From Spirochaetia bacterium (GTDB taxonomy: Bacteria; Spirochaetota; Spirochaetia; SZUA-6; Bin103), in contig CBDATQ010000002.1 in NCBI GenBank assembly GCA_965199955.1, forward strand, positions 1,600,001 through 1,664,000: a stretch of 64,000 nt of DNA, in the 5' to 3' direction. Of the stretch, positions 9,463-20,763 are shown one piece after another (position 1 is the first letter of the stretch; every line of letters starts with the position of its first letter). The position numbers were made by a program, and so were the translations under genes. The notes beneath the pieces are model-generated. The model saw only the letters and a program-made list of their open reading frames with translations. It made no database searches and had not been told where the DNA came from.

Positions 9463-10756
9463 TGATGTCTCCCATCGCGTACGGAATGGTGCCCGCGAGC
9501 TGGAACCCGTCGGCGACGTTGCGCGCCGTGATCGTGCCGCCGAGCTCCGCGAACCGCTCGCGCATGCCGGACATGCCGATGCCGTCCTGGACGGCGCCGT
9601 CCGCCGGGAGGCCGCTGCCGTTGTCCCACACGGAGACGCGGATCTCCGCGTCCGCCCGCCACATGGTAATGCGTACGCGGGAGGCGTTGCCGTGCCGGAA
9701 CGCGTTGGTCAGGCCCTCCTGCACCAGGCGGAACAGCACGGAGTCGATGCGCGGTCCGAGCGTCGGCGGCAGGTTGCCCACGTGCAGCTCGACCGACAGG
9801 CCCATCGCCTCCTCGAACGAGCGCGTGAGCTGGAAGATGGCGTCGATCCCCTTGCGCTCGAATTGCTCGACGGAGCGCAGCAGGTGCAGGATCTGCCGCG
9901 TGTCGTCGAGCGCCAGCTCGCTCTGCGCGCGCACGTCGTCCAGCAGGGTGTCGAGCGATTCCGGCTCCTCGCGAGCGCGCGCCTTGGCCGCGTCCATCAT
10001 GACGATGACGTTGGTCAGCGCGTAGCCGACGGTGTCGTGCAGCTCGCGGGTGATGCGGCTGCGCTCCTCGGCGGCGCTCTCCGACTTGACCGTCCCGGCG
10101 TATGCCTGGAACTCCCGGTTCGCATGGGCCAGGCGCCCGATCGTGGAGTCCAGGCTGCGCACGCGCGCGGTGAGGTCGACCACGCGCTCGCGATGGAACG
10201 CGGCGGCCCAGCCGAGCCCGGCGGGCAACCCGGTGACCAGCGCGAACGTCGCCAGGTACTGGACGAGTGCCGGCGGCCCGGCCGGCGCCCGCGCTGCCAG
10301 GACGGCCAGGGCCGCGGCGAAGAACGCGCCGGCCAGCGCCATGCCGACACGGTCGTCGTCGTAGAGCGCCGGCTCGATCAGGAGCGGAGCCACCAGCAGC
10401 GCCGGCACGAAGACCGGCGGCCCGTCCAGCAGCGCGATCGCGATCAGCACGGCGGAGGCCCGCGCGACGCTGACGGCCCGCACCCGCACGGCGCGGCGCA
10501 TCGCGAACATGATTACCGCCAGCGCCGCCGACGCGGCGAGCGGCAGGTAGAGCTGGAGGCGTGCGGCCTCGGCCACACCGCCGGCGGCGACCCAGGAGAC
10601 GCACATGGCGTGTGCCGCGAGCGTGGTGAGCAGCAACACGAAGGAGAGCCGCCTCCCGGTCACGGTGTCGCTCAGGAGCTGCCAGCCGTGCTGCAGCCAC
10701 CGAGCGGGAATCCCCGTCATCCGGAGGTACGTTATAGCAGAAGACCGTGCGGACAC
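9434..10756 (-). CDS. Membrane sensor histidine kinase (HisKA_3/NarX-like)
   Basis: N-terminal TM segments, H-box ERSRITRELHDTVG, QEGLTNAFRHG, DNGSG, GIGMSGMRER. The true start is uncertain. Confidence 0.93.
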   Translation of the reverse strand: MSARSSAITYLRMTGIPARWLQHGWQLLSDTVTGRRLSFVLLLTTLAAHAMCVSWVAAGGVAEAARLQLYLPLAASAALAVIMFAMRRAVRVRAVSVARASAVLIAIALLDGPPVFVPALLVAPLLIEPALYDDDRVGMALAGAFFAAALAVLAARAPAGPPALVQYLATFALVTGLPAGLGWAAAFHRERVVDLTARVRSLDSTIGRLAHANREFQAYAGTVKSESAAEERSRITRELHDTVGYALTNVIVMMDAAKARAREEPESLDTLLDDVRAQSELALDDTRQILHLLRSVEQFERKGIDAIFQLTRSFEEAMGLSVELHVGNLPPTLGPRIDSVLFRLVQEGLTNAFRHGNASRVRITMWRADAEIRVSVWDNGSGLPADGAVQDGIGMSGMRERFAELGGTITARNVADGFQLAGTIPYAMGDIIGSDQGSYR

Positions 10757-10804
10757 CTGAGTTGCCGGCTCGTCACGACCCGTGAGGTCGAAGTCCGTGT
10801 CTGA
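10745..10804 (+). pseudogene. Possible HicB antitoxin C-terminal remnant
   Basis: ...LVTTREVEVRV* ends in a TGATG overlap with hicA and resembles short-HicB tails. No start or remainder is present. Confidence 0.4.
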
Positions 10805-11034
10805 TGCCTCCGGTCCCTATTCTTCGCCCGCGTGAGGTGGTCGGCGCTTTCGAGGAGTTCGGCTGGCAGGTGGCTCGTCAGCGTGGGAATCACATCATCC
10901 TGACACGGGACGGGCACATCGCGACACTCTCGGTGCCCAACCATCGAACGGTTGCCCGTGGCACGCACCGAAGTCTCATCAGCCGAGCCGATCTGACGGT
11001 CGACGAGTTCCTCGATGCGGCGACGGGACGGTAG
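10804..11034 (+). CDS. hicA: HicA-family toxin (type II TA)
   Basis: 76 aa; REVVGAFEEFGWQVARQRGNHIIL...SVPNHRTVARGTHRSLISRADLTVDEFL matches the HicA pattern with its catalytic His (G-x-H). Confidence 0.85.
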   Translation: MPPVPILRPREVVGAFEEFGWQVARQRGNHIILTRDGHIATLSVPNHRTVARGTHRSLISRADLTVDEFLDAATGR

Positions 11035-11129
11035 AGTCTGCCCCGACGGTCGCGGTTGCGGGCAGCCGGCCGCGGCGCGCGAGTTGCGGGGTCTGGTCGG
11101 TCCAGGCGTGGAAAGGCGCGGTAGAGGAG

Positions 11130-11815
11130 CGCCAGCGCCCTTCCGGGTGGCGTTCAGGATCCGCCGAAACGTGGTTCCTTCAGCGCTGAGTCGCCGCTGC
11201 AGCGTCCGGGTGCTCATCGCCAGGTCTTGAGCAACCGCCCCCATCGACCCGGCGCCCGCGGGGAGCAGCTCCAGCAGGGAGGCCCGGACGCGCTCTTCGT
11301 GCTATGTGCCGGTCTCCGTTGCGGACAGCCGCCGGCGCAGCTCGGGTTCGAAGAAGTCCCACATCCGGTCGTTCGCGGTCAGAAAAGGACGGGCCGCGTC
11401 CCGCGCTGAGAACGCAACCGTCCACGCAGGACCCTTCGTCACCGCCACTCCGAGGTAGTCGCGGTAGGCGTCGGCGTCTTCCGGGGATCGGGCGACGTCA
11501 CGCGGACCGGACGGATCGGTGCGCGCGTGCAGAGCCGGGCCAGTGTGACCCAGAACACCAGCTCGGCTGTGGATAGCGACCGGGGCGGCTGCACATCCGG
11601 AGGTCAGACGATCCGGAGACCAGTCTCGGTCTGGGACTGAGCCACCGCCAGCCGCATCGGGCCGATCGGTTTCTTGCGCTGCGCGAGCCGGCGGGCAGCA
11701 ACGTTCAGGTTCGGGCTGCAGGTGGCCGCGAACAGGGGCGGCTCGAACGACTCGAACGAGATCGCCCGTCCGATCGCCAGCGGAAGCAGGGGATCGCCCG
11801 ACTCGGCCTCGAGCC
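11130..11815 (-). pseudogene. AraC-family regulator, fragmented
   Basis: Pieces lie in different frames: PPLFAATCSPNLNVAARRLA; RPFLTANDRMWDFFEPELRRRL then an in-frame TAG (11302-11304); HTH VAQDLAMSTRTLQRRLSAEGTTFRRILNATR. Confidence 0.8.
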
Positions 11816-11857
11816 CCCGATGCCTGACGACGCCCCGGTAACCAGTACGGTCTTCAT
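11812..11857 (-). pseudogene. Short-chain dehydrogenase N-terminal stub
   Basis: An AAGGAG RBS precedes MKTVLVTGASSGIG (TGxxxGIG), which runs directly into the AraC fragment. Confidence 0.7.
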
Positions 11858-11998
11858 CAAGACTCTCCTTTGCTCCGCTGTGGTCGGAACATACGGACCA
11901 CACACGTCCCTGTCACCGGCGAATGGAGCCATCGCAGAGACAGAACGCGCCAATCCTGATCTGTTGCCGTTCCTCGAGGCGCTGTGGACAATGGGGGG

Positions 11999-12376
11999 AT
12001 GGCAATGCCGATCCCGGTGCTCGACGTGATGACCGACGACCTGGAACCGTGGCCGATGGCTGCCGAGCAGATCCTGAGCGGTCCGCCGCGCATGGCGTCG
12101 CGGGACCTTTACCGCGCGCCCGATGACAGCACGTGGATCGCCGTCTGGACCAGCACGGTCGGCTCGTTCTGGTCCCGGTATACCGGCGACGAGACGATCT
12201 ACCTGATTGCCGGGCGCGCGCGCATCACCGACCAGGACGGCCGCAGCGCCACCTACTGCGCCGGGCAGGCGATCCTGATCCGCGCCGGCAGCCGCTGCAC
12301 GTGGGAGATCGAGGAGCCGGTGCGCATGCTGTTCCACTACCGCGCCGCGGACGGCGCCGGAGAGGCGCGGTCATGA
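11999..12376 (+). CDS. Cupin (DUF861/EutQ-like) protein
   Basis: W-x-S-T-x-G-x-F, DETIYLIAGRARITDQDG, G-x-x-C-T-W-E-I-x-E-P. Confidence 0.8.
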   Translation: MAMPIPVLDVMTDDLEPWPMAAEQILSGPPRMASRDLYRAPDDSTWIAVWTSTVGSFWSRYTGDETIYLIAGRARITDQDGRSATYCAGQAILIRAGSRCTWEIEEPVRMLFHYRAADGAGEARS

Positions 12377-13287
12377 GCCGCGGCACCGAGGTCGTCGACC
12401 GCCTGAAGGGGCCGGTGGTCCCGGTCAACATCTGCTTCGCCGACGACCACTCGATCGACTACGAGGCGATGCGCCGCTACGTCGACTGGCTGTGCGAGCA
12501 GCGCGTGCCGGTCATCCTGCTGACCTACGGCAGCAGCGAGTTCTCGGTCCTGTCGGCCGCGGAGATCTGGAAGCTCACCGAGCTGTTCGCGCGCACCGTT
12601 GCCGGCCGCGCGTTGTTCGTGACCTCCACCGGCTACTGGAGCATCGACGAGTGCCGGGAGTTCCTGCGGCACGCCGACGCGGTCGGCGCCGACGCGGTCA
12701 AGGTGCAGATCAACCCGTGGCTGGGCCAGGAGCGTGAGGTGCTGGTCGGCTACTTCGACGCCATCCGCGGCGCCGCCGGCATCCCGGTGCTGGTGTGGGG
12801 CGCGTGGCCCGACCCGTATCCGATCGCCACCGTGCGCGAGCTGGCCGCCCGCGACGAGGTGGTCGGCATCAAGAACGACGGCGATCCGTTCTACGCGTAC
12901 TACGACCTGCTGCGCGCGACCGCCGAGGAGAGCTTCGCGGTGATCTCGGGCGGCCAGATGCGCAACTTCATGCTGGGCTATCCGCTGGGCGGCGCCGCGT
13001 ACCTGTGCACGGTGGCGCCGTTCCGCCCCGACCTGGCGCTACGGTTCTACGGGCACCTGCGGGCCGGCGAGATGGACGCGGCCTGGGCGATGGTGAAGCG
13101 ATACGAGGACCGCTGGCTGCAGTTGGCCATCAAGCACGGCTGGCTGGAGAGCGTGAAGGTGGCGATGGAGCTGCACGGCCTGGTGCCGAATGCAAGGCTG
13201 GGCCGTCCGCGCCCGTCGCTGGAGGGCGCGGCGCGCGAGGTCGTGCAGGCGACGGTGAGGGAGGTCTTCGGCGACCCGGGCGCGTGA
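12373..13287 (+). CDS. DHDPS/NAL-superfamily class I aldolase-like protein
   Basis: GPVVPV, IDYEAMRRYVDWL, Schiff-base Lys in VVGIKND; ATGA overlap with the cupin gene. Confidence 0.85.
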   Translation: MSRGTEVVDRLKGPVVPVNICFADDHSIDYEAMRRYVDWLCEQRVPVILLTYGSSEFSVLSAAEIWKLTELFARTVAGRALFVTSTGYWSIDECREFLRHADAVGADAVKVQINPWLGQEREVLVGYFDAIRGAAGIPVLVWGAWPDPYPIATVRELAARDEVVGIKNDGDPFYAYYDLLRATAEESFAVISGGQMRNFMLGYPLGGAAYLCTVAPFRPDLALRFYGHLRAGEMDAAWAMVKRYEDRWLQLAIKHGWLESVKVAMELHGLVPNARLGRPRPSLEGAAREVVQATVREVFGDPGA

Positions 13288-13321
13288 CCGCCCGTCAGGT
13301 CTGCGAAGGAGGTAAAGAGCG

Positions 13322-14344
13322 ATGGCCGGCGACGATATGACCAGAGCTGTCCATTACCAGATGGCAGATCCCGGTACCAGGTGGATCAAGGATGCCAAAA
13401 TTGCGGTCGACTCGGATGGTCCGCTCGACGCCACGCGGGTCCTTACCCCGAACGTGATAAAGGTGGGCCGGGGATACCGGATGTATTATCATGGCTTCGG
13501 ACCGGAACGCCCAAATCCCGACTCGAAAGGGTATATCTTGAGCTCTTTTTCCACCGACGCCGAGCAGTGGCAGAAGGAGCCGGGTGTGCGGCTGGATGCC
13601 GGCGGTGACGGGGCGGCGCACTATATCTGGAGTCCCGAGGTGATCCCTTTGCCGGACGGCGGCTATCGGATGTATGTCGAGGGGCGGACCGAGCAGGCGG
13701 GAGGTGCGGTCCGCAGCGCCATCATCAGCGCACTCTCGGATGACGGGCTCGTGTGGGAACGAGAACAAGGCGTTCGTCTGGGCGGCGAGCACACCTCGTA
13801 TGGCGCCCCGAGATGCCTGTATCTCGACCCAGACGGCCAACCATCCCGCTACCGCCTCTATGCCAGCGCTTCGCCCTTTCCGGATACCACCCCGCCGCCA
13901 GGGGCCTTCAACGGGCACAACATCGTCAGTGCGGTGGCCACTGACGGTCTGCACTTCGAGTTGGAGCCGGGCGTCCGAGTCGCGCAGGAAAGCGAGCTGG
14001 AGTCAGCTTCCGTCTATGCGCCAGAGGTCCTACTTCTGAGCCACGGGGGATACCGGATGTATTACGCCGGATGGGTGGCAGCGCCCGAGGTTCCGGCGGG
14101 ATCGAAGTATCACGGCAGAATCTTCAGCGCCTTTTCGCGCGACGGGCTCGATTGGCGCAAGGACCCGGGCATTTGCGTCGATAACGGGGGGCGCTGGGAC
14201 ACCGCCAAGGCGTCCGAGCCCTGCGTGATCGACCTGGCCGATGGCCGCTTCCGCCTGTTTTACGAAGCCTGTGATCTGGAGGGCCGCTGGCGCATCGCCA
14301 GCGCGACTTCTGCTCACCCGCAGCCTAACCGAGTCGCTCGGTGA
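13322..14344 (+). CDS. Beta-propeller glycoside-hydrolase-like protein (GH32/43/130-like fold)
   Basis: Repeated P-x-V...GYRMYY blades and four Asp-box-like motifs (STDAEQW, SDDGLVW, ATDGLHF, SRDGLDW). Confidence 0.65.
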   Translation: MAGDDMTRAVHYQMADPGTRWIKDAKIAVDSDGPLDATRVLTPNVIKVGRGYRMYYHGFGPERPNPDSKGYILSSFSTDAEQWQKEPGVRLDAGGDGAAHYIWSPEVIPLPDGGYRMYVEGRTEQAGGAVRSAIISALSDDGLVWEREQGVRLGGEHTSYGAPRCLYLDPDGQPSRYRLYASASPFPDTTPPPGAFNGHNIVSAVATDGLHFELEPGVRVAQESELESASVYAPEVLLLSHGGYRMYYAGWVAAPEVPAGSKYHGRIFSAFSRDGLDWRKDPGICVDNGGRWDTAKASEPCVIDLADGRFRLFYEACDLEGRWRIASATSAHPQPNRVAR

Positions 14345-14623
14345 GCGTGCGGTAGAAACGCCGGGCGACGTCCCACCGCTCGCCGCTCTCCATCCACTGG
14401 CTCAGCTCGCCTTCGACGGCGCCGCTCGCCCACTGGCGGCCGTGCGCGCACAGGGCCTCCAGCAGTCCCAGGCCGTCGAGGTAGCGGGAATAGGGGCCCA
14501 GCTCGCCGGTCGCGCGCTGGCGCTCGATCTCGGCATCGCTCCAGGCCGGGGTTCTTGGCGCTCTCGATCGGCTCGCTGTTGATCCGTCACGATCAGCAAG
14601 TAGTTGGGGAGGGAGGGAGTCAC
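14326..14623 (-). pseudogene. Sulfatase-like remnant (N-terminal motif fused to distal fragments)
   Basis: GTG start and PNYLLIVTDQQRAD (sulfatase N-terminal motif), then an abrupt frame change to PYSRYLDGLGLLEAL...; only about 300 bp. Confidence 0.55.
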
Positions 14624-14646
14624 GGGGTGATTCTGCCGGACGGGAA

Positions 14647-14720
14647 CGGGCAATGCGGGATTCGAACCCACGACCTCTGGCTCCGGAGGCCAGCGCTCTA
14701 TCCAGCTGAGCTAATTGCCC
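14647..14720 (-). tRNA. tRNA-Arg (anticodon CCG); CCA not encoded
   Basis: GGGCAAT acceptor stem, D-arm AGCTCAGCTGGATAGAGC, anticodon arm CTGGC-CTCCGGA-GCCAG, T-loop GGTTCGAATCC. Confidence 0.97.
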
Positions 14721-14769
14721 TCACCCCGCAGAGTACCACAGGTGATCCGGACCTCCAACAGCAACTGCG

Positions 14770-14845
14770 TGTCACTGCCGACGCAGCCGGTTACGTACGG
14801 ATCGTGCTCGTCGCTCATGATGACGACGATGTTCGGGCGGCTCAC
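14770..14845 (-). pseudogene. Second sulfatase (choline-sulfatase-like) N-terminal stub
   Basis: GTG 14845 gives SRPNIVVIMSDEHDPYVTGC, after which similarity is lost. Confidence 0.6.
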
Positions 14846-14889
14846 CGTGCCGCGCCCCGGGCGCTGTGGCGCTGCCGCGCGCGCACGGC

Positions 14890-16713
<1,824 letters not shown>

Positions 16714-16732
16714 AATCGATGATACCCTACGG

Positions 16733-18192
16733 CATGGACCGAGCGATGGACACCGGCGCGGAGCCGCGGCCGCCGAACTTCATCGTCATCTTCTGCGACG
16801 ACCTGGGCTACGGCGACCTGGGCTGCTACGGCTCTGCCGACCACGACACGACCCGGCTGGATCGGATGGCGGCGGAAGGCATGCGCTTCACCGATGCCTA
16901 CGTGCCGTCGCCGGTGTGCACGCCGTCGCGGGCGGGCCTCCTCACCGGCTGCTACCCGCGGCGCGTCGGGCTGGAAGCCGGGGAGGGGAACCTGCCGGTG
17001 CTGTTCCCCGGCGACGCGATCGGCCTGTCTGGCGACGAGGTGACCATCGCCTCGCTGCTCCGGGCTCAGGGGTACACCACCGGCATGGTGGGCAAGTGGC
17101 ACCTCGGCGACCAGGGCGCGTTCCTGCCGCCGGCGCACGGGTTCGACGACTTCCTGGGCCTGCCGTACTCGAACGACATGCACTGCGACCTGGAGCTGCC
17201 CCCGGAGATCGGGCGCATGCCGCCGCTCATGCTGTTGCGGCAGGACCGGGTGGTCGAGGCCGATCCCAACCAGGTGTCGTTGACTGACCGCTACCTCGTG
17301 CACGCGCTGCGGTTCATCCACGACAACCGCGACCGGCCCTTCTTCCTCTATTTCGCCCACCACTACGTCCACCTGCCGATCCACGTGCCGCAGAACTACC
17401 TGCGAACCTCGCGCAACGGTCCCTACGGCGCGGCGGTCGCGCACGTCGACTTCACCGTCGGCACGATCCTGGACACGCTCGCGGACCTGGGCATCGACGA
17501 GCGCACGCTGGTGATCTTCACTTCCGACAACGGCGCCAGCGCGGCGCCGGCGCCGCGGGAGCGGGACCGGCAGCGCCGGCGCACCGGAGGCACGGGCAGC
17601 AACGGGCCGCTGCGGGGCGGCAAGGGCACGACCTGGGAGGGCGGCCTGCGCGAGCCGTTCATCGCCTGGCGCCCGGGCACGGTGCCGGCGGGCGCCGCGT
17701 GCCGGGAGCTCTGCACGACCATGGACTTGCTGCCCACCTTCGCGCGCATGGCCGGCACGACGGAACCCGCGGACCGCACGATCGACGGCCGTGACCTTAC
17801 CCCGCTCTTGACCGGCCGGCCCGGCGCCGGCACCCCGCATGAGGTGTTCTGCTACTACTCCGCGTCGACGCGGTGCCTGGACGCGGTGCGTCGCGGGCGC
17901 TGGAAGCTGCACCTGGGCCGCCACACCGGCGGGCTGGTGCCGGCCGCGCTGGAGGCGAGCGAGCTCTACGACCTGGAGGCGGACGTGGGCGAGACCACCG
18001 ACCTGTCCGGCCGGGAGCCGGCGGTGGTGCGGGAGCTGCTGGACCTGGCGGACGCCTGCCTCGACGACTTGGGCGACGCGCGCACCGGGATCGCGGGCGC
18101 CGATCGCCGGCCGGTGGGCCGGGTGGATGATCCGGGTCACGCTGCTGCCGCGCCCGGAGGAGCACCTCTGGGTGAGGGCGTACTACGACTGA
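16733..18192 (+). CDS. Formylglycine-dependent sulfatase (arylsulfatase A-like), apparent +1 frameshift near the C-terminus
   Basis: PNFIVIFCDDLGYGD, CTPSRAGLLTG, GKWHLG, FTSDNG, GKGTTWEGG. The natural-looking tail VTLLPRPEEHLWVRAYYD* is in another frame after about 18135. Confidence 0.9.
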
Positions 18193-18211
18193 GCGGCGGC
18201 TGCGGCCGAGC

Positions 18212-19519
18212 TCAATAGTCGTCGGAGAAGCGTCGCGGCGGCCTGGGCGCCGTGTCGGCCCTGGCGGCATCGAGCAGCACTTGCGGCTCCAGGCGCATGC
18301 CGCCTCGGATCACCAGATCGATGTCGCGCAGCGCCTCGATCTCCCGGCTCGGGTCGCCGCGGACGACGATGAGGTCCGCTTCGTGCCCCGCCGCCACGGT
18401 GCCGATCCGGTCTTCCATCTGCAGCGCCTCGGCCGCGTCGCGGGTCGCCGCGCGCAGGCAGCGGCGCGGCTGCATGCCGCAGTCGACCAGCAGCGCCAGC
18501 TCGTCCACCAGGCCGAACCCCGGCATGACGTGGCAGAAGGGGGCGTCGCTGCCGGTGACGATGCAGGCGCCGCGCTCGGCGAGTGACGCGGTCATGATCT
18601 GCATGGCGGCCAGCGCGCGCACGCGGCGCACGCGCGCGGCTGCCGGGGCCGGCCCGCCGTACAGCGTGTCCCACCAGGCGCGCAGCTCGGCCGGGGCGTA
18701 GGCGAACTGCCGGTGGCGCGGGTGGCGCGGGTCGCCCGCGTCCGTGATGCGCTTCCACACGATTCGTGTCGGGGCCAGCCAGGTGCCGCTGTCGATCACT
18801 GCGTCCAGCAGTTTCTGCACGCGGTCCGGCTCCAGATCCGGCCACAGGTCCAGCCAGTGCTCGCCGGCCGCGTGCCGCTCCGGCCACAGCGCCTCGGCAA
18901 ATCCCGACAGGTGCTCGATCTCGTCGAGCCCCGCGGCGATCGCCTCGGCGGCGTGCATGTGGTCCTGCAGATGGGCGACGGTGAACCGGCCGTGGTGCTT
19001 CGCACGCTCCAGCACGGCCAGCGTGCACGGCCGGTCGAGTCCCGCGTAGATCTTGATCTGGTCGACGCCGGCGTCGACCAGGCGGTCCACCTGGGTCCGT
19101 GCTTCGCGCGGCGTGCGGATGATCTCGGCCGTGCCGGTCCAGCTCTTGCCCGAGTCGCCGTCGAGCAGTGGTCCGGTGCCGACGAAGCGCGGCGCGCAGG
19201 CGTCCGGGCGGTTCCACGCCTCCCGCCTCGCGATCGTCTGATCGAGCGGGCAGCCGACGTCCCGAACCGCCGTCACCCCGTTGGCCAGGTACAGGGGCGC
19301 GTGCCAGTCCTCGGAGTGCACGTGGACGTCGACCAGCCCCGGCAGGATGAAGGCGCCGGCCACGTCCATGCGCTCGACTGCCGATTCCGGCGGCAATTCG
19401 CCGACCGGCGCCACCGCGGCGATGCGCGTGCCACGCACGTGCACGGCGCAGTCGGCAAGCCAACCGGTCGTACCGGTTTCGAACACGTGACCGCCGACCA
19501 GCACGAACTCACGTCCCAT
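18212..19519 (-). CDS. Amidohydrolase-family protein
   Basis: ILPGLVDVHVH, GVTAVRDVG, IKIY, EIEH, GSDA, GHEADLIVVRGDP. Confidence 0.9.
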   Translation of the reverse strand: MGREFVLVGGHVFETGTTGWLADCAVHVRGTRIAAVAPVGELPPESAVERMDVAGAFILPGLVDVHVHSEDWHAPLYLANGVTAVRDVGCPLDQTIARREAWNRPDACAPRFVGTGPLLDGDSGKSWTGTAEIIRTPREARTQVDRLVDAGVDQIKIYAGLDRPCTLAVLERAKHHGRFTVAHLQDHMHAAEAIAAGLDEIEHLSGFAEALWPERHAAGEHWLDLWPDLEPDRVQKLLDAVIDSGTWLAPTRIVWKRITDAGDPRHPRHRQFAYAPAELRAWWDTLYGGPAPAAARVRRVRALAAMQIMTASLAERGACIVTGSDAPFCHVMPGFGLVDELALLVDCGMQPRRCLRAATRDAAEALQMEDRIGTVAAGHEADLIVVRGDPSREIEALRDIDLVIRGGMRLEPQVLLDAARADTAPRPPRRFSDDY

Positions 19520-19551
19520 CGGTGTCACTGGCGGGGCACGGGAGCCTCGGG

Positions 19552-20595
19552 TTACGCGGGAGCACCCTCGGCCTGTGCGAGGTGGGCTCGCCGCAGTCCT
19601 TCCCGGAAGCCGACCATCTGCCGGGTCGTCTCATCGTAAAGACGCACGGACATGCATCTCGCCGTATCGCGCAGGCGGAGGACCGGAACCTGGCGGAACA
19701 TCGGCTGTTCCCGGTGTGCGCGCGCCAGGTGGTAGTTGGGGATGCCAGGACTCAGGTGGTGCACGTGATGGAAGCCGATGTTGCCGGTGAACCACTGCAG
19801 GACCCGCGGCAGCTTCAGGTAGGACGATCCCCGCAACGCCGCGTCGGCAAACTCCCAGCCCTCGCGGCGGCTCCAGTACACGTCCTCGAATTGATGCTGA
19901 ACGTAGAACAGCCAGGTCCCGACCATGGACGCGGCCACGAATACCGGCGTGAAGACCAGGACGAAGTCGACGAACCCGAACGGCAGCGACATGGCGGCCA
20001 CGAACAGCGCCACCCCGAGGTTGGTCCACATGATGGCCCGGTTGGCGCGGCTGCCGGCGTGCTTGCGGGGAAAGCGGTGATTGAGCAGGAAGCTGAGGGG
20101 AGCGATCAGGACGAACAGCACCAGCGGGTTCCGGAACACCCGGTACGCCAGGCGCAGGATGCGCGGTGCATCGGCAAACTCCTGCACGGTCATCGTCCAG
20201 ACGTCGCCCAGGCCGCGCCGGTCCAGGTCGCCGGCGTTGGCGTGGTGCATGGCATGCATGTGGGTCCAGTACCGGTACGGCGTGAAGGCGAGGATCCCCG
20301 CGAAGTAGCCGACGGCTCGGTTCCAGCGGCTGACAGGGAGAAAGGACCCGTGTCCGGCATCGTGGAATATGATGAAGATGCGGATCAGGAACCCTGCGGT
20401 CGGCAGGGCCAGGAGCAGGCTGAGCGGGTAGGAGAGTTGCGCGATCGCGCCCATGGCGAGGATCCCGGCGACGTACGGGACGACCGAGGTCGCAAGCTGG
20501 CCGAGGCCCCGTCCCACCGACGGCTGCCGGTACTGACGGAGCGCGCCCTGCAGTGAGCGGGACTCATTTCCGGCAGCGATCAACTGGTCGTTCAC
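19552..20595 (-). CDS. Membrane fatty acid desaturase (Bacillus Des-like)
   Basis: Three His boxes HDAGH, HAMHH and HHVHH; WLFYVQHQFE; IPNYHL. Confidence 0.92.
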   Translation of the reverse strand: MNDQLIAAGNESRSLQGALRQYRQPSVGRGLGQLATSVVPYVAGILAMGAIAQLSYPLSLLLALPTAGFLIRIFIIFHDAGHGSFLPVSRWNRAVGYFAGILAFTPYRYWTHMHAMHHANAGDLDRRGLGDVWTMTVQEFADAPRILRLAYRVFRNPLVLFVLIAPLSFLLNHRFPRKHAGSRANRAIMWTNLGVALFVAAMSLPFGFVDFVLVFTPVFVAASMVGTWLFYVQHQFEDVYWSRREGWEFADAALRGSSYLKLPRVLQWFTGNIGFHHVHHLSPGIPNYHLARAHREQPMFRQVPVLRLRDTARCMSVRLYDETTRQMVGFREGLRRAHLAQAEGAPA

Positions 20596-20763
20596 GTCCT
20601 TTTGCCCTCCCTGACGGCGAGGGCCGGTTTTTGACCTTCCCCAGCATCTCCGGGTGCTCGCGGCGTACCCGGTAACAGCGCTCGCTGCCGTGCTTCGTTC
20701 GCCACGGACGATGATAGCCGAAACCTCGCGGAAGTGCGCCGGCGGTGACGGACGTGCGCCGGC

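Noticed and set aside
1..14647. tRNA-Arg-anchored genomic island
   Set aside because: No integrase and no duplicated tRNA 3' end were seen in the window. The accessory content alone is insufficient.
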